Positions 40,582 to 50,230 are shown, counted from the stretch's first letter. The stretch is 64,000 bases of DNA from Alphaproteobacteria bacterium (GCA_036500145.1 DASYCO010000057.1:23212-87211); one strand, 5' to 3'. The notes: generated from the sequence alone by a model not told the origin. Translations and numbers: made by a program.

Positions 40582-41616
40582 TCACTTGGCAGAATATTCG
40601 ATGGCCTTCTGCACGATCGCATCCGGAATAGCATAGAGACGCGCCAGCAGCGTCGACATGTCCTCGGCGGTGCTCGGCATTACGTCCAACCCCTGCTTTT
40701 CGGCTTCTGTCAAAAAATCCGCATCTTTCATGGTTGCCTGAAATCCCGTGCGCAGGGCTTGCAGCCGGTCGGATGGAATGCCCGGAGGTCCGAGGATCGG
40801 CCGCGCGATCGTCTGCGGGGCAAACACCAAGTCAAGGATGCCTTTCTGTTCATCGGTCTTGGCATAGTCGATGAGCAGCGGGACATCCGGCAAGTCGGGA
40901 TGCTTTTCCAGCGCATGCTGAACGATGAAATTAATCTTTTTTTCTTTGAGCCATTCCGGATGCGTAGTCATCAGGCTCGGCATGCTCCAGGCGCATCGCC
41001 CATGAACCTCGCCGCGCTCCATCGCCAGTAGGACAGCATTGCCGCCGTAGCCTGAGATCACCTTGATGTTCGCGCCAAACAGATTGTTGATGAGAACCGG
41101 CACGCTCGCGATGTTTCCGCCGGCTCCGCCGGCGCCGACGATGAACTCTTGCTTGGCTAAAACTTGGTCGAAGGACTTGATCGGCGCCGTGCCCCAAGAG
41201 ACGCAGAATTGCTGCTCTTTGGTGATGTTGCCGATCATGCTGAGCTGGCGCGGATCGAACTTGGCATGCTCGATGCCGAGCAGCGGCGCCGTCATCATCG
41301 AGGAATGGATCGTGGCGATGACTGTGCCGTCCTTGGCCGCTCTTTCATAAAGGTGATTGGTTGCCGTCAATCCACCGGCGCCGGGCATGTTTTGCACAAT
41401 GATGGAGGGGTTGCCAGGCACGTGGCGAGGGAAGCTACGCGCGAAAGTGCGGGCGTACATATCGTAACCGCCACTCGCGGTGGTGCTGACGATGAGGGTT
41501 ATTTGCCGCTTCTGGTAGAAATCTTGGACTGACTGTCCAATGGCGGGGGATAGGCCGAACGCCGTTGTTATGGCTATGCCGGTGAAGGCCAGTAAGCTCG
41601 TTCGCTCGCGCCACAT
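40582..41616 (-). CDS. Bug/TctC-like periplasmic solute-binding protein (paralog of 4802..5875)
   Basis: Signal peptide; motifs STTASGGYDMYART, NMPGAGG. Confidence 0.5.
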   Translation of the reverse strand: MWRERTSLLAFTGIAITTAFGLSPAIGQSVQDFYQKRQITLIVSTTASGGYDMYARTFARSFPRHVPGNPSIIVQNMPGAGGLTATNHLYERAAKDGTVIATIHSSMMTAPLLGIEHAKFDPRQLSMIGNITKEQQFCVSWGTAPIKSFDQVLAKQEFIVGAGGAGGNIASVPVLINNLFGANIKVISGYGGNAVLLAMERGEVHGRCAWSMPSLMTTHPEWLKEKKINFIVQHALEKHPDLPDVPLLIDYAKTDEQKGILDLVFAPQTIARPILGPPGIPSDRLQALRTGFQATMKDADFLTEAEKQGLDVMPSTAEDMSTLLARLYAIPDAIVQKAIEYSAK

Positions 41617-41816
41617 AAATAACTCCCCTGTGCGATTCGAATTATTCTCTTTGTTACGAGGATAGCCTACCTCGCGGAGGTAGTGGCTAAGATAGGGTGC
41701 AGATAGCGCGCTCTATGGGCACTGGTCTGAAGTCGCCTGATGCCCCAGTCTCCGGGGTGGCGCCTTGAGAAAATAACTGCGTGAATTCAAAGGTATGTGG
41801 GGCAGTGCATCACGAA

Positions 41817-42008
41817 CATTCTCGAGTTCGAATCCTGTCTGCTCAGCCAACCAGTCTGCGGTTTGCGCGTCTCTTAGAGACTTTGCGGCAGAACTGCGAA
41901 AAAGCCCGCCAATGGCGGGCTTTTTTATTACCGGTGCCACCCAGAGACGGTCTTAGTCGCGATGGTATGGCCAGTATTGGCCGAGCGTCTCCATTAGCGA
42001 TTTCGGGG
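41817..42008. repeat. Direct repeat copy 2 with degenerate tRNA-Gln 3' end (att-like remnant)
   Basis: gttcgaatcctgtctgctcagccaacc... matches the T-arm/acceptor 3' half of tRNA-Gln with mismatches, then ~170 bp matching 39389-39560. Confidence 0.7.
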
Positions 42009-42162
42009 GTGGCGGCTCATTAGGTAATACGTCGAATATGTCTCGGCACTTCTCTGTCTTTCGTCTCAAATCTAGGGCGCCTTAGCAATGCGACAGTGAG
42101 CATCGCTAAGGCGGTGGATGGACCGACGGCGTTGTTGTCGTACTAAACAAGAAGGTGCCTAT

Positions 42163-42969
42163 ATGGACCTCAAGATATTTGATGTGGAGCACGGCGCATG
42201 CGCGTTGCTCACATGTGACGATTACACTCGCCTGATGGTCGATTGCGGCCATAACGCAACAACAGCCTGGCGGCCAGGCACATATCTCAAGAATAACGGC
42301 ATCTCTTCACTGGAGATGCTAGCCGTCACTAACTATGACGAAGACCATGTCAGCGCCATCGGTGATCTATTCGATAACGTCGATGTTCAGTGGCTGTCGC
42401 GAAACACGAGTGTATCTTCTGGAGCCATTCGTGCTCTCAAAACAGAAGACGGAATGGGTGCTGGAATACAGCGTCTCACCCATGACATTGATCATGTTTT
42501 CACAGGAGGTGGAATGGCGACGTTGCCACAGTTTCAGGGCTTAGTTCGGCAGGTTTTCTGGAACACTTATCCAACCTTTGATGATGAAAACAATCTCAGT
42601 ATGGTTGTTCATCTCAGTTGCCACGGTAAGGGCGTCATGTTCCCGGGCGATCTTGAGCGTAAGGGCTGGATAGAATTATTAAAGCGCGCGGACTTTAAGG
42701 CTGCCTTAGAAAATACAAGTGTTTTAGTGGCTTCTCATCATGGTCGGGAGAACGGCTGCTGTGCGGAAGTATTTGAATACTGCAATCCGTTCTACGTGGT
42801 GATCTCTGATCAGGGCTACACGTTTGATACGCAGCAGACGATCCCATTCTATCGCCGACATGCCCGCGGCGGGCCGTTTCGAAAAGACCCGGAGCGCCGC
42901 GTACTAACGACCCGCCGCGACGGTCGGATTGGATTTACGTTTTCTCCTGATTCATGGGGGCCATACTAG
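42163..42969 (+). CDS. Metallo-beta-lactamase-fold hydrolase
   Basis: 268 aa from ATG 42163 with RBS gaaggtg; MBL HxHxDH-type motif VTNYDEDHVSAIG, later HHGREN; ~50% GC. Confidence 0.6.
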   Translation: MDLKIFDVEHGACALLTCDDYTRLMVDCGHNATTAWRPGTYLKNNGISSLEMLAVTNYDEDHVSAIGDLFDNVDVQWLSRNTSVSSGAIRALKTEDGMGAGIQRLTHDIDHVFTGGGMATLPQFQGLVRQVFWNTYPTFDDENNLSMVVHLSCHGKGVMFPGDLERKGWIELLKRADFKAALENTSVLVASHHGRENGCCAEVFEYCNPFYVVISDQGYTFDTQQTIPFYRRHARGGPFRKDPERRVLTTRRDGRIGFTFSPDSWGPY

Positions 42970-42988
42970 CAGGCCGTTATGTGGCAAT

Positions 42989-43618
42989 TCACTTCCCGTT
43001 ATTCATGCCGAGATATGCCACGAAGATCTCCCGGGCATAGCGCTTTCCGAAGCGTTGCATCCGGTAGAAGGCAATAATCGCCACGACGAGGCCGCCAATC
43101 CAAAGCTCATGACGTTCTGGCGCTGTTGCTGCGGCCAATGCCGCGAAGACTAGACAGCCCGCGCTAATCCCGCGCAGAAGCCCATAGGTCCGGTTGAAGG
43201 CATCTACTCTTTTGGCGCGCCCGGCTGATTCCAGGACGGAATACATTTCGCGAACCGCAGGGTACCACTGGCGCGTCGTCAGGGCGCCGCAGTCGATCTT
43301 CATATGCTGGCTGCACAAGTCGAGCAGGCGCTGTTTTTGCGTCTCGCTGACGAGCTTCTGGTTATTCTTCAGAAGCCAGTCGGATGGCATGCCGCCATGA
43401 GCGCGCCACCAGGCCATCTCCATGAGATTCCCGATGCCCTGGATCAGATGGCCGACGACCAGTGAGGCGATCAGGAAAAGGCCTAGGCCACCGACATTGA
43501 AGTCGTTGCCTCCGAACATCGCCTTTACGTCCGGATACAAGTATATGGTTCCGAAGATGGCTACGCTGCCCGGCACGATGACACCGATGTACTCGTATGG
43601 ATCAAAACGATCGCTCAT
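42989..43618 (-). CDS. Hypothetical 4-TM membrane protein, translationally coupled to upstream E1-JAB gene (ATGA overlap)
   Basis: 209 aa; hydrophobic segments IGVIVPGSVAIFGTIYLY, GGLGLFLIASLVVGHLIQGI, ISAGCLVFAALAAATA, LWIGGLVVAIIAFY. Confidence 0.5.
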   Translation of the reverse strand: MSDRFDPYEYIGVIVPGSVAIFGTIYLYPDVKAMFGGNDFNVGGLGLFLIASLVVGHLIQGIGNLMEMAWWRAHGGMPSDWLLKNNQKLVSETQKQRLLDLCSQHMKIDCGALTTRQWYPAVREMYSVLESAGRAKRVDAFNRTYGLLRGISAGCLVFAALAAATAPERHELWIGGLVVAIIAFYRMQRFGKRYAREIFVAYLGMNNGK

Positions 43619-45510
43619 TCTGTGGCCTCCAAAGGGATTGTAAGATTCACAGTTTCACCTTTCTCGCCCACGATTAGGACGATTGCCGGACAGGCTTCAA
43701 CTATCAACTCTGTCGAAAGCCAACACATTTGGCTGATGTCCGTTCGACTAGGGGTGGCAGAAGAGCCCTCGGGGTGTGAGTGCCATTCGCCGACATATCG
43801 GACCTGACCCATGGTTTTGGCATGGATGTCCTCGATGTTTGCTGACGTGCCTTGAACTCCTCGTTCGAATCCGCTGGGATCACCTTTACTGTCGGCTGGC
43901 GCCGGCAAAGCGTCGACGAGATGGATCGATTTGGCGACTCGATCCACGACTCCAGCCAGCAGTCCTCCGGTCTCGTTGGGCAGCTCGGATACGCGCAAAG
44001 CCCGAATCGTCCGCAGCAGGCCTTCGTCGACGGTGACCATCCAGTCGTCAATGGCCATTCGGTGCGTGGCCTTCTCGCCATTTTCTGTGATGCGGTTGAC
44101 GTTTCCTCCAGATCCAAGCGTCCATATCGCTATTTGTGCTTGTGGATCATCCATAAACTCAGCCACGGCGCCGGCGGCGATGGCGCTGAGCATACTTGCC
44201 CGATGTTGGGGAATCCGGTTCGTCAAGGAGCGGCAAGATCCGGAATAACGCACACCTTCGGGCGCCTCCAGATGGCCAGCCAACTCGGGCTTATTGAGCA
44301 TCAGGCGGTAATATTGTGCCTCAAGGTCGCGGAGTGTGACCGTCCTTCCGCTGTCTTCGGCCAGCATTACGAGCGCGGTGCCCGCCGGGTTGAAGAAGAC
44401 GGAGAATCGGCGTGACGTCGATTCGATGTCGCTGAGATGTCGGCCGACCGCTACCGAGGCTGATGCATCGAGAATCAGGTCAGCCGCAGATAGCCTTGCT
44501 AAGGCGCTGCTAGACGATTCTACGCCAAGTGCGTCGATGGCCAGCCACTCCGCGACGGTCTGATCTTGAGCAATCGTACAGAGATGCTCGGCCAGGGCGT
44601 TCGCCTTAAGTTGCCCGACGGCGTATGGCAGTAACGCGTGACGGGCAAGATTGTGCGGCAGTAGGTGATCGTGATCGAGAATCGCCCATTTAAAGGCCCC
44701 TTCGCGGACGAGGGTTTCCGCTAACTGCGATCCCAGCGATCCGGCACCGACCATGGCGATCTGGCGATCATCAGGTGCGGGACGACCCGATATTTCAGCC
44801 GCCAACTCTCTGTTGAAAGCGACATGGAGGTCGAGCGGCTGAACGGAAACATTCTTTCCGAGACCAGGGCCGTTCGTCGAAACTCCGACTAACGGAAGGA
44901 AGGCACCAGCCTGACCAGGCGATGCAAGCCACCCAAGAGTGTTCCCCGCATCACCAATCGAAGGAACAATGAGGAACGCGCGGCGATCGACGCCGATATG
45001 TTCTCCGGTATCTGGCCGGACGATGTCGAAGGCTACCGCAAGAGCTAAGTGAGAATCGAGGCGCTGTTTTGCCTCCGTGCTTATCCCTGCCCAGTTCGTA
45101 AACCACCTTTTCAAGATGGGCATGAGATCTATGCCGATTTTGTTTAGTTCGGCGGCAAGTTCAGCCAAGTTCTGTGGCAAGCGTCGTAGCCTGCCCATTT
45201 CTCGCGGTTGGCCTTGAAGTCCCAATACGACAAGCTTCACAAGCCCCTGAGAGACTTCTGACGTCGGGACGGCAATTACGACCTGAGGTTCGGTACCGTT
45301 ATTTTTATGAGCGTAGGCCGAAAGTTCAATTGGCTCCTCGGTTTTACTGAAACAATCGGGGGGTACGACCAGTGCATAACCGAGGTTACGGGAAATTGGC
45401 CGTTCAACTTGCGCGCATCCGCCATGTAGGCCGTTGTCATAGGTATAGAGGCTTCCCACTTCGTCAACTCGACGGCGAGCCGGCCGTGGTATCCGCGTTC
45501 GGCCGTCCAT
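43615..45510 (-). CDS. Fused N-terminal domain + E1-like (ThiF/MoeB) adenylyltransferase + JAB/MPN (JAMM) metallopeptidase; true start uncertain
   Basis: Rossmann MVGAGSLGSQLAETLVREG; candidate catalytic Cys YSGSCRSLT; C-terminal JAMM motif EWHSHPEGSSATPSRTD; first ~38 codons lie inside the autotransporter-duplicated segment. Confidence 0.65.
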   Translation of the reverse strand: MDGRTRIPRPARRRVDEVGSLYTYDNGLHGGCAQVERPISRNLGYALVVPPDCFSKTEEPIELSAYAHKNNGTEPQVVIAVPTSEVSQGLVKLVVLGLQGQPREMGRLRRLPQNLAELAAELNKIGIDLMPILKRWFTNWAGISTEAKQRLDSHLALAVAFDIVRPDTGEHIGVDRRAFLIVPSIGDAGNTLGWLASPGQAGAFLPLVGVSTNGPGLGKNVSVQPLDLHVAFNRELAAEISGRPAPDDRQIAMVGAGSLGSQLAETLVREGAFKWAILDHDHLLPHNLARHALLPYAVGQLKANALAEHLCTIAQDQTVAEWLAIDALGVESSSSALARLSAADLILDASASVAVGRHLSDIESTSRRFSVFFNPAGTALVMLAEDSGRTVTLRDLEAQYYRLMLNKPELAGHLEAPEGVRYSGSCRSLTNRIPQHRASMLSAIAAGAVAEFMDDPQAQIAIWTLGSGGNVNRITENGEKATHRMAIDDWMVTVDEGLLRTIRALRVSELPNETGGLLAGVVDRVAKSIHLVDALPAPADSKGDPSGFERGVQGTSANIEDIHAKTMGQVRYVGEWHSHPEGSSATPSRTDISQMCWLSTELIVEACPAIVLIVGEKGETVNLTIPLEATE

Positions 45511-48500
45511 TCACCAGGTGAAGTTCAGGCTGGCGCTCACGGCATGGCTGCTGTCGGCGGCGTTGAGCGTGCCGTCGTAGCGCAGCGACAGGGTCACGCC
45601 GTCGTCGAGCCGGGCGGCAAGGCCGAGCCCGATCAGCGCGCTGTCGCGGTTCATCTCCGCGCCCTGCACGGTGAAGCCGCTGCCCGGCGCGGCGTCGAAG
45701 CCCGCCGTGACCGGCCGCGCCGTGTCGGCATAGTCGTGCACCCAGCCGACGCGGCCGAGCAGCGCCAGCGGAGAGGCCAGGCCGACGTCGGCGTCATGGT
45801 CGAGCTGCAGGCCGAAGATGCTGCGCAGCGCTTCGGTGGTCTCGCCGGCGACGGCGAGATCGAGCTCGCCGGCGCCCGTTTCGGTGAAGCCGCCCCGGTC
45901 GGCACGGCTCGCCTCCAGGCCGAGGAAGGGCGTCGCCGTGGTCTGCCGGTCGAGCGCCACGGCATAGCCGGCCTCCAGGCTGGCCAGCAGCTGGTGCGCC
46001 GCGGCGTCGCCGTTCGCCGTCGCGCCGATGAAGTCGATCGGGCGTTCGACCGCGTTGTCGGCGTAGCCGTAGCCCAGCGAGCCCTGCAGATAGAAGGCGC
46101 TCGGCTGATAGCTGCCATAGACGGCGAGCTGATAGCTCTTGGCCGTCGCCTTGCCGAGGCCGCCCGCGGCGTTCAGCTTGGTCTCGCCGTAGCCGCCGGC
46201 GAGGCCGGCGACGAGGTCGCGGCCGAAGCGCCGGTCCAGACCCGCCGCGCCGCCGCCGCCGGAGTAGCTCAAAGCGGCGCTGTCGGCGTCGCCGTCGATG
46301 TCGCCGGTCACGCCGCCGCCACTCATCCAGGCCGTCCAGGGCCCGAGGCGCACCGGCGGCGCCGCCTGCGCCGTCTCGTCGGCGCTGGCGAGCTGCGTCA
46401 TGGCCGCCGCGAGGTTGACGCGCTGGCCCCTCGCGTTCGCGCCTTGGGCAAGCGCGTCACCGCCGCGCGCATAGCCGGCCTGCTGGCCGACCGTGCTCAG
46501 GAAGCGCTGGCCCGCTAGCATGGCCACTGTATCGAGGCCGCCATAGATCTCGCCGGACATCTGAGTGAAGGCGTGGTTCGCCTGCGCCGCCGACAGGCCG
46601 GTGAGCGTGGCGACGGCCGTGGCCAGCTGCCCGTTGGCGGCGACCTGATCCAGCGTCGTCGCCACGGCCTGCTGGTTGCCCGTCGCCGCTACGTCGGCGA
46701 AGCTGACGTCGTTGCGGGTGAGGGTCAGGCCGACGTCGCGGAAGTTGTAGGTCAGGCTCGGCGTCAGGAAGGCGAGGTTCGAGGTGACGGCGTCGAACCT
46801 GCCGGTGACGCTGCCGAAGGCGCTGTTCAGGATGGTGTAGTTGGTGGCGGCGGAATAGCTGCCGGTCTCGGCCAGCACGCGGACGGTGCCGCCGTTGATC
46901 GTCACGTTGCCGTTGGCGTTGATGCGGTCCGACTGCCCTGCCGCGTTCACTTCCACCTCGTAGGCCGAGCCGGGGTTGAAGGTGACGGACCTGGCGACAA
47001 TGATCGTGCCGATCGAGTTGCCCGGCGCGAAGGTGCCGAAGGCGAACACGTCGCCGTTGATGGCGCCCGACCCGCCGAGCGTGCCGGCGGCGTTGACCGT
47101 CACGTCGCTCAGCGTGGTGCCGTTGATGCGCAGCGTGCCGGCATCCACCGTCGTGCCGCCGGTGAAGATGTTCGTGCCGGTGAGATTGAGCGTGCCGCTG
47201 CCGTCCTTTGTCAGGCCGCCAGTGCTGGTGATGTCGCCGGAGACCGTCGTGTCGCCGGCGCCGCCGACCGTCAGGTCCTGGCCGGTGCTGCCGATGCTGC
47301 CGCTCAGCGTCAGGCTGACCCCGCTGTTGGCGTCGATGCGCGACGCGGCGGCCAGCGTGAGGTCATTGGCGAGCGCTGCGGTGGCGTCGCCGCGCAGCGT
47401 GCCGCCGTCCAGCGTCACGCCGCCGCTGCCGAGGGCGTCGGTCGCGCTGACGGCGAGCGTGCCGGCGCTGACCGTGGTGCCGCCGCTGTAGCTGTTGGCG
47501 CCGGTCAGCGTCAGCGTGCCGGTGCCGGTCTTGGTCAGGTGGCCGGTGCCGTCGATGTCGCCGGCGTAGCTGGTCGTCGCGCTCTGATCGACCACCAGCT
47601 CGCCGGCGCCAAGCGCGACCGTGCCGCCGGCGCCCGACAGGCTGCCGACGATCTGGTTGAAGCCGTCAAGATCGAAGCTGCCGCCATCGACGGTCAACGC
47701 GCCGCTGGCCGCCAGGCGATCGTTGCCGCCGAGCGCCAACGTGCCGGCCGTCACTGTGGTGCCGCCGCTGTAGGTATTGACGCCGGTCAGCGTCAGCGTG
47801 CCGCTGCCGTCCTGATTGACTGATCCGTTGCCCGTGATTGCGTTACCCACGACCTGGGCCGTCGCCTGATCGAAGGTCAAGCTGCCGCCGTTGACCGCTA
47901 TGTTACCGGTGATGGTCGAACCGGCCTGCAAAGTGAGCGTGTTGGCGCCGCCGGTGAAGGTGATGGCATTGGCGCGGGTCGTCCCGTCGCCGTCGAGGCC
48001 GCCGGCGATGGTGCCGCTGTTGGTGATGGTCAGGTCCGAGCCGACGACGCCGGAGCCACCGGCACCGCCTAAGACGCCACCGCCGCCATTGCCGCCAGAG
48101 ATGGTTCCTTCATTGCTGAGACGCGCGTCAGAATCCGTAAAATAGATACCGGCGCCACCATTGCCGCCGTTGGCGTTGGGACCGAAAACAGTGGGAGTGC
48201 CATTGCCGCCGGCGCCGCCGGTGACGGCATTGGCATTCTGGATCGTTATGTCCCCGCTGCCGTGGAAGGAAAGGCCCACGCCGCCGCCGCCGCCGCCGCC
48301 GCCCCAGGTGGCGGAAGTCCCATTACCGCCAGCGCCGCCCGTTATGTCGGCCTCGACGCTCAGGATGGCACTTCCGAGCGACACGAATCCCGCGCCGCCG
48401 CCGCCGCCGCCGCCGCCGGCAGCACCGCTGCCACCGTTGCCACCACGGCCCCCGACGATGCTGCTGCCAATCGTGGAAACGGTGCCGATGCCACCATCGC

Positions 48501-49200
48501 CGCCGCCGCCGCCGCCGCCGCCGTGGACGTTTCCACTGGCATCATTGCCGTTAATGCCGATTCCACCCCCATCGCCACCGGGTGTTCCAACCCCGCTGGC
48601 CGGTCCGCCTGTACCGACGGTTGCCGGTGCCGACACGAGATTGCCGCCGCCTCCACCCCCACCAACCGTACCCCCATTGTCTCCGTTCATGCCCGGCGCA
48701 CCGCCGCCAATGCCGCAGCAACCACCGCCGTCGTCGCGTGGGGCACCGCCGGCGGCGCCGTTGGCATTGCTGTCAGTGCCGTCGCTGCCGGTGCCGCCGT
48801 TGCCGCCGGTACTCCGGACTGTTCGATTTGCACCGCCGTTGCCGCCGGATCCGCCGGCAAGGGCCGGCGCCGCCACCAGTGTCATCGCCAGGGTGGATGC
48901 ACCGGCCAAAATCACGGCCTTTGCGACGACCGCATTGGCTCTCATTCTGGCGCTGGAAGCCTGGATGGCCTGCGGCGCGCGGCGTGCCGCGCGCGAGGTC
49001 TGACGCACTGAACGATCCCCCGTGTTGCGGCGCGAAGGCTGTCTCCCCGCGCCTCGCTCGTCCCTGCGTCGCAAGCCAGAATGGCTTGCTCTCGCCGGGG
49101 CGACGGCGGGCAAAGCCCCGCGCGGCGCAAGCCTGGCGAGAGGCATTCTTGCCTGCGGCGCGAGTATCTCTATTGGGGATGCGGAGTTTTAGCCCCCTAT
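45397..49200. repeat. Large duplicated segment copy 1 (autotransporter gene plus flanks); copy 2 at 56148..60330
   Basis: Flank identity >85% by eye at both ends (e.g. 45400-45600 vs 56150-56350; 48960-49100 vs 60090-60230). Confidence 0.7.
45511..48945 (-). CDS. Autotransporter (type Va) with Gly-rich (GGNGG) passenger and C-terminal beta-barrel; ORF extends to 49146
   Basis: Signal peptide MRANAVVAKAVILAGASTLAMTLVAAPALA; extensive GGxGG repeats; C-terminus ...LSLRYDGTLNAADSSHAVSASLNFTW (terminal aromatic W). Confidence 0.8.
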   Translation of the reverse strand: MRANAVVAKAVILAGASTLAMTLVAAPALAGGSGGNGGANRTVRSTGGNGGTGSDGTDSNANGAAGGAPRDDGGGCCGIGGGAPGMNGDNGGTVGGGGGGGNLVSAPATVGTGGPASGVGTPGGDGGGIGINGNDASGNVHGGGGGGGGDGGIGTVSTIGSSIVGGRGGNGGSGAAGGGGGGGGAGFVSLGSAILSVEADITGGAGGNGTSATWGGGGGGGGVGLSFHGSGDITIQNANAVTGGAGGNGTPTVFGPNANGGNGGAGIYFTDSDARLSNEGTISGGNGGGGVLGGAGGSGVVGSDLTITNSGTIAGGLDGDGTTRANAITFTGGANTLTLQAGSTITGNIAVNGGSLTFDQATAQVVGNAITGNGSVNQDGSGTLTLTGVNTYSGGTTVTAGTLALGGNDRLAASGALTVDGGSFDLDGFNQIVGSLSGAGGTVALGAGELVVDQSATTSYAGDIDGTGHLTKTGTGTLTLTGANSYSGGTTVSAGTLAVSATDALGSGGVTLDGGTLRGDATAALANDLTLAAASRIDANSGVSLTLSGSIGSTGQDLTVGGAGDTTVSGDITSTGGLTKDGSGTLNLTGTNIFTGGTTVDAGTLRINGTTLSDVTVNAAGTLGGSGAINGDVFAFGTFAPGNSIGTIIVARSVTFNPGSAYEVEVNAAGQSDRINANGNVTINGGTVRVLAETGSYSAATNYTILNSAFGSVTGRFDAVTSNLAFLTPSLTYNFRDVGLTLTRNDVSFADVAATGNQQAVATTLDQVAANGQLATAVATLTGLSAAQANHAFTQMSGEIYGGLDTVAMLAGQRFLSTVGQQAGYARGGDALAQGANARGQRVNLAAAMTQLASADETAQAAPPVRLGPWTAWMSGGGVTGDIDGDADSAALSYSGGGGAAGLDRRFGRDLVAGLAGGYGETKLNAAGGLGKATAKSYQLAVYGSYQPSAFYLQGSLGYGYADNAVERPIDFIGATANGDAAAHQLLASLEAGYAVALDRQTTATPFLGLEASRADRGGFTETGAGELDLAVAGETTEALRSIFGLQLDHDADVGLASPLALLGRVGWVHDYADTARPVTAGFDAAPGSGFTVQGAEMNRDSALIGLGLAARLDDGVTLSLRYDGTLNAADSSHAVSASLNFTW

Positions 49201-50139
49201 TCAGGGGGGAGGGCGTCCAAGCCAGAGCGCCATCAAGGCGTTACGGCTGGACACGCCGTATTTTCGGAAGATGCGCTTCACATGGCCATGCGCCGTGTGG
49301 GGACTCTGCCCCACGGCGGCGGCGATCTGCTTTTCCGTCACCCCCTGCAGCAGGCCCTGCAGGATGCGCCGCTCGGTCGGCGTGAGTGGCGCGGAGGCGA
49401 CGCCCAGCCCTTCGCCCAGCATCTGCAGGCGGTAAAACCAGCGCAGGCTGCGCAGGGCATAGGCGACGATGTCACGCTCCGCCGTGCCGAAGGGCTCTTG
49501 GCCAAGGTTGCGATAGAAGCCGAAATAGGTTTCGGCGTCCTCGTTGATCGGGATGCCGACCCAGATCGCGTCGCGGTAGCCGGCGCCGAGATAGAAGGTG
49601 CGGTAGTAGTCGCCCTCGAACCAGTTCTCCGGCGCCAGCTCTACCAGACGGTTGACGCGATACTGCCCGGACAGCTCGACGTTGCGGAATACGGTGACGT
49701 CCACAACGCCCGCGTCCAGCATGTCCGCCTGCTCCTTGGCCTTCCGCTCGATCAGCGGGGTCGGATGGAGCCGGCGGACGGCGCGCGGACGCCAGCCCTT
49801 GACCGGATCTTCGGGTTGCGGGTCGCCCAGCCGCACCGCGCCGATCCAGACGGCGTTCTGCGCGCCGATCAGGCCGCAGACGCCGGACAGCAAATGGTTG
49901 CGCGCCTCTTCCACGTGCGCGGCCTCGAAATCGGCCAGCGTGTCCCACAACGCGTGAACACGGTCCTGCATGTGCCGGTCGATAGGCGCGGAACCGGTAG
50001 ACGCAGAATCGGGAGGCGTGGAACCGGGCGGGCTGGGAGCGGATTCGTCCATGCCGATGATATTCAGGTCCGATGGTGACAACACAACAGGAAAAGCGCC
50101 GGCGGGGCGGGCCATGCGGCATTCATGGAGAGCAACCAT
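49201..50139 (-). CDS. LuxR-family transcriptional regulator (C-terminal HTH), upstream of autotransporter 1
   Basis: HTH LTPTERRILQGLLQGVTEKQIAAAVGQSPHTAHGHVKRIFRKYGVSSRNALMALW; alternative start at 50052. Confidence 0.7.
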   Translation of the reverse strand: MVALHECRMARPAGAFPVVLSPSDLNIIGMDESAPSPPGSTPPDSASTGSAPIDRHMQDRVHALWDTLADFEAAHVEEARNHLLSGVCGLIGAQNAVWIGAVRLGDPQPEDPVKGWRPRAVRRLHPTPLIERKAKEQADMLDAGVVDVTVFRNVELSGQYRVNRLVELAPENWFEGDYYRTFYLGAGYRDAIWVGIPINEDAETYFGFYRNLGQEPFGTAERDIVAYALRSLRWFYRLQMLGEGLGVASAPLTPTERRILQGLLQGVTEKQIAAAVGQSPHTAHGHVKRIFRKYGVSSRNALMALWLGRPPP

Positions 50140-50230
50140 AGCGTGTTAGCCGTAGTTCCAATCTGGACGCGCTGGGGGCGGGGCGATTCTAGTCATCAAT
50201 CCGCATGATCTGCATCTGGTTGGCTCGCAT

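Noticed and set aside
48161-49003. Pro-rich 280-aa plus-strand ORF (similarly the 690-aa Ala-rich ORF at 58079-60151)
   Set aside because: Reverse-frame readings of the GGC/GCC-rich glycine-repeat passenger regions of the autotransporters.
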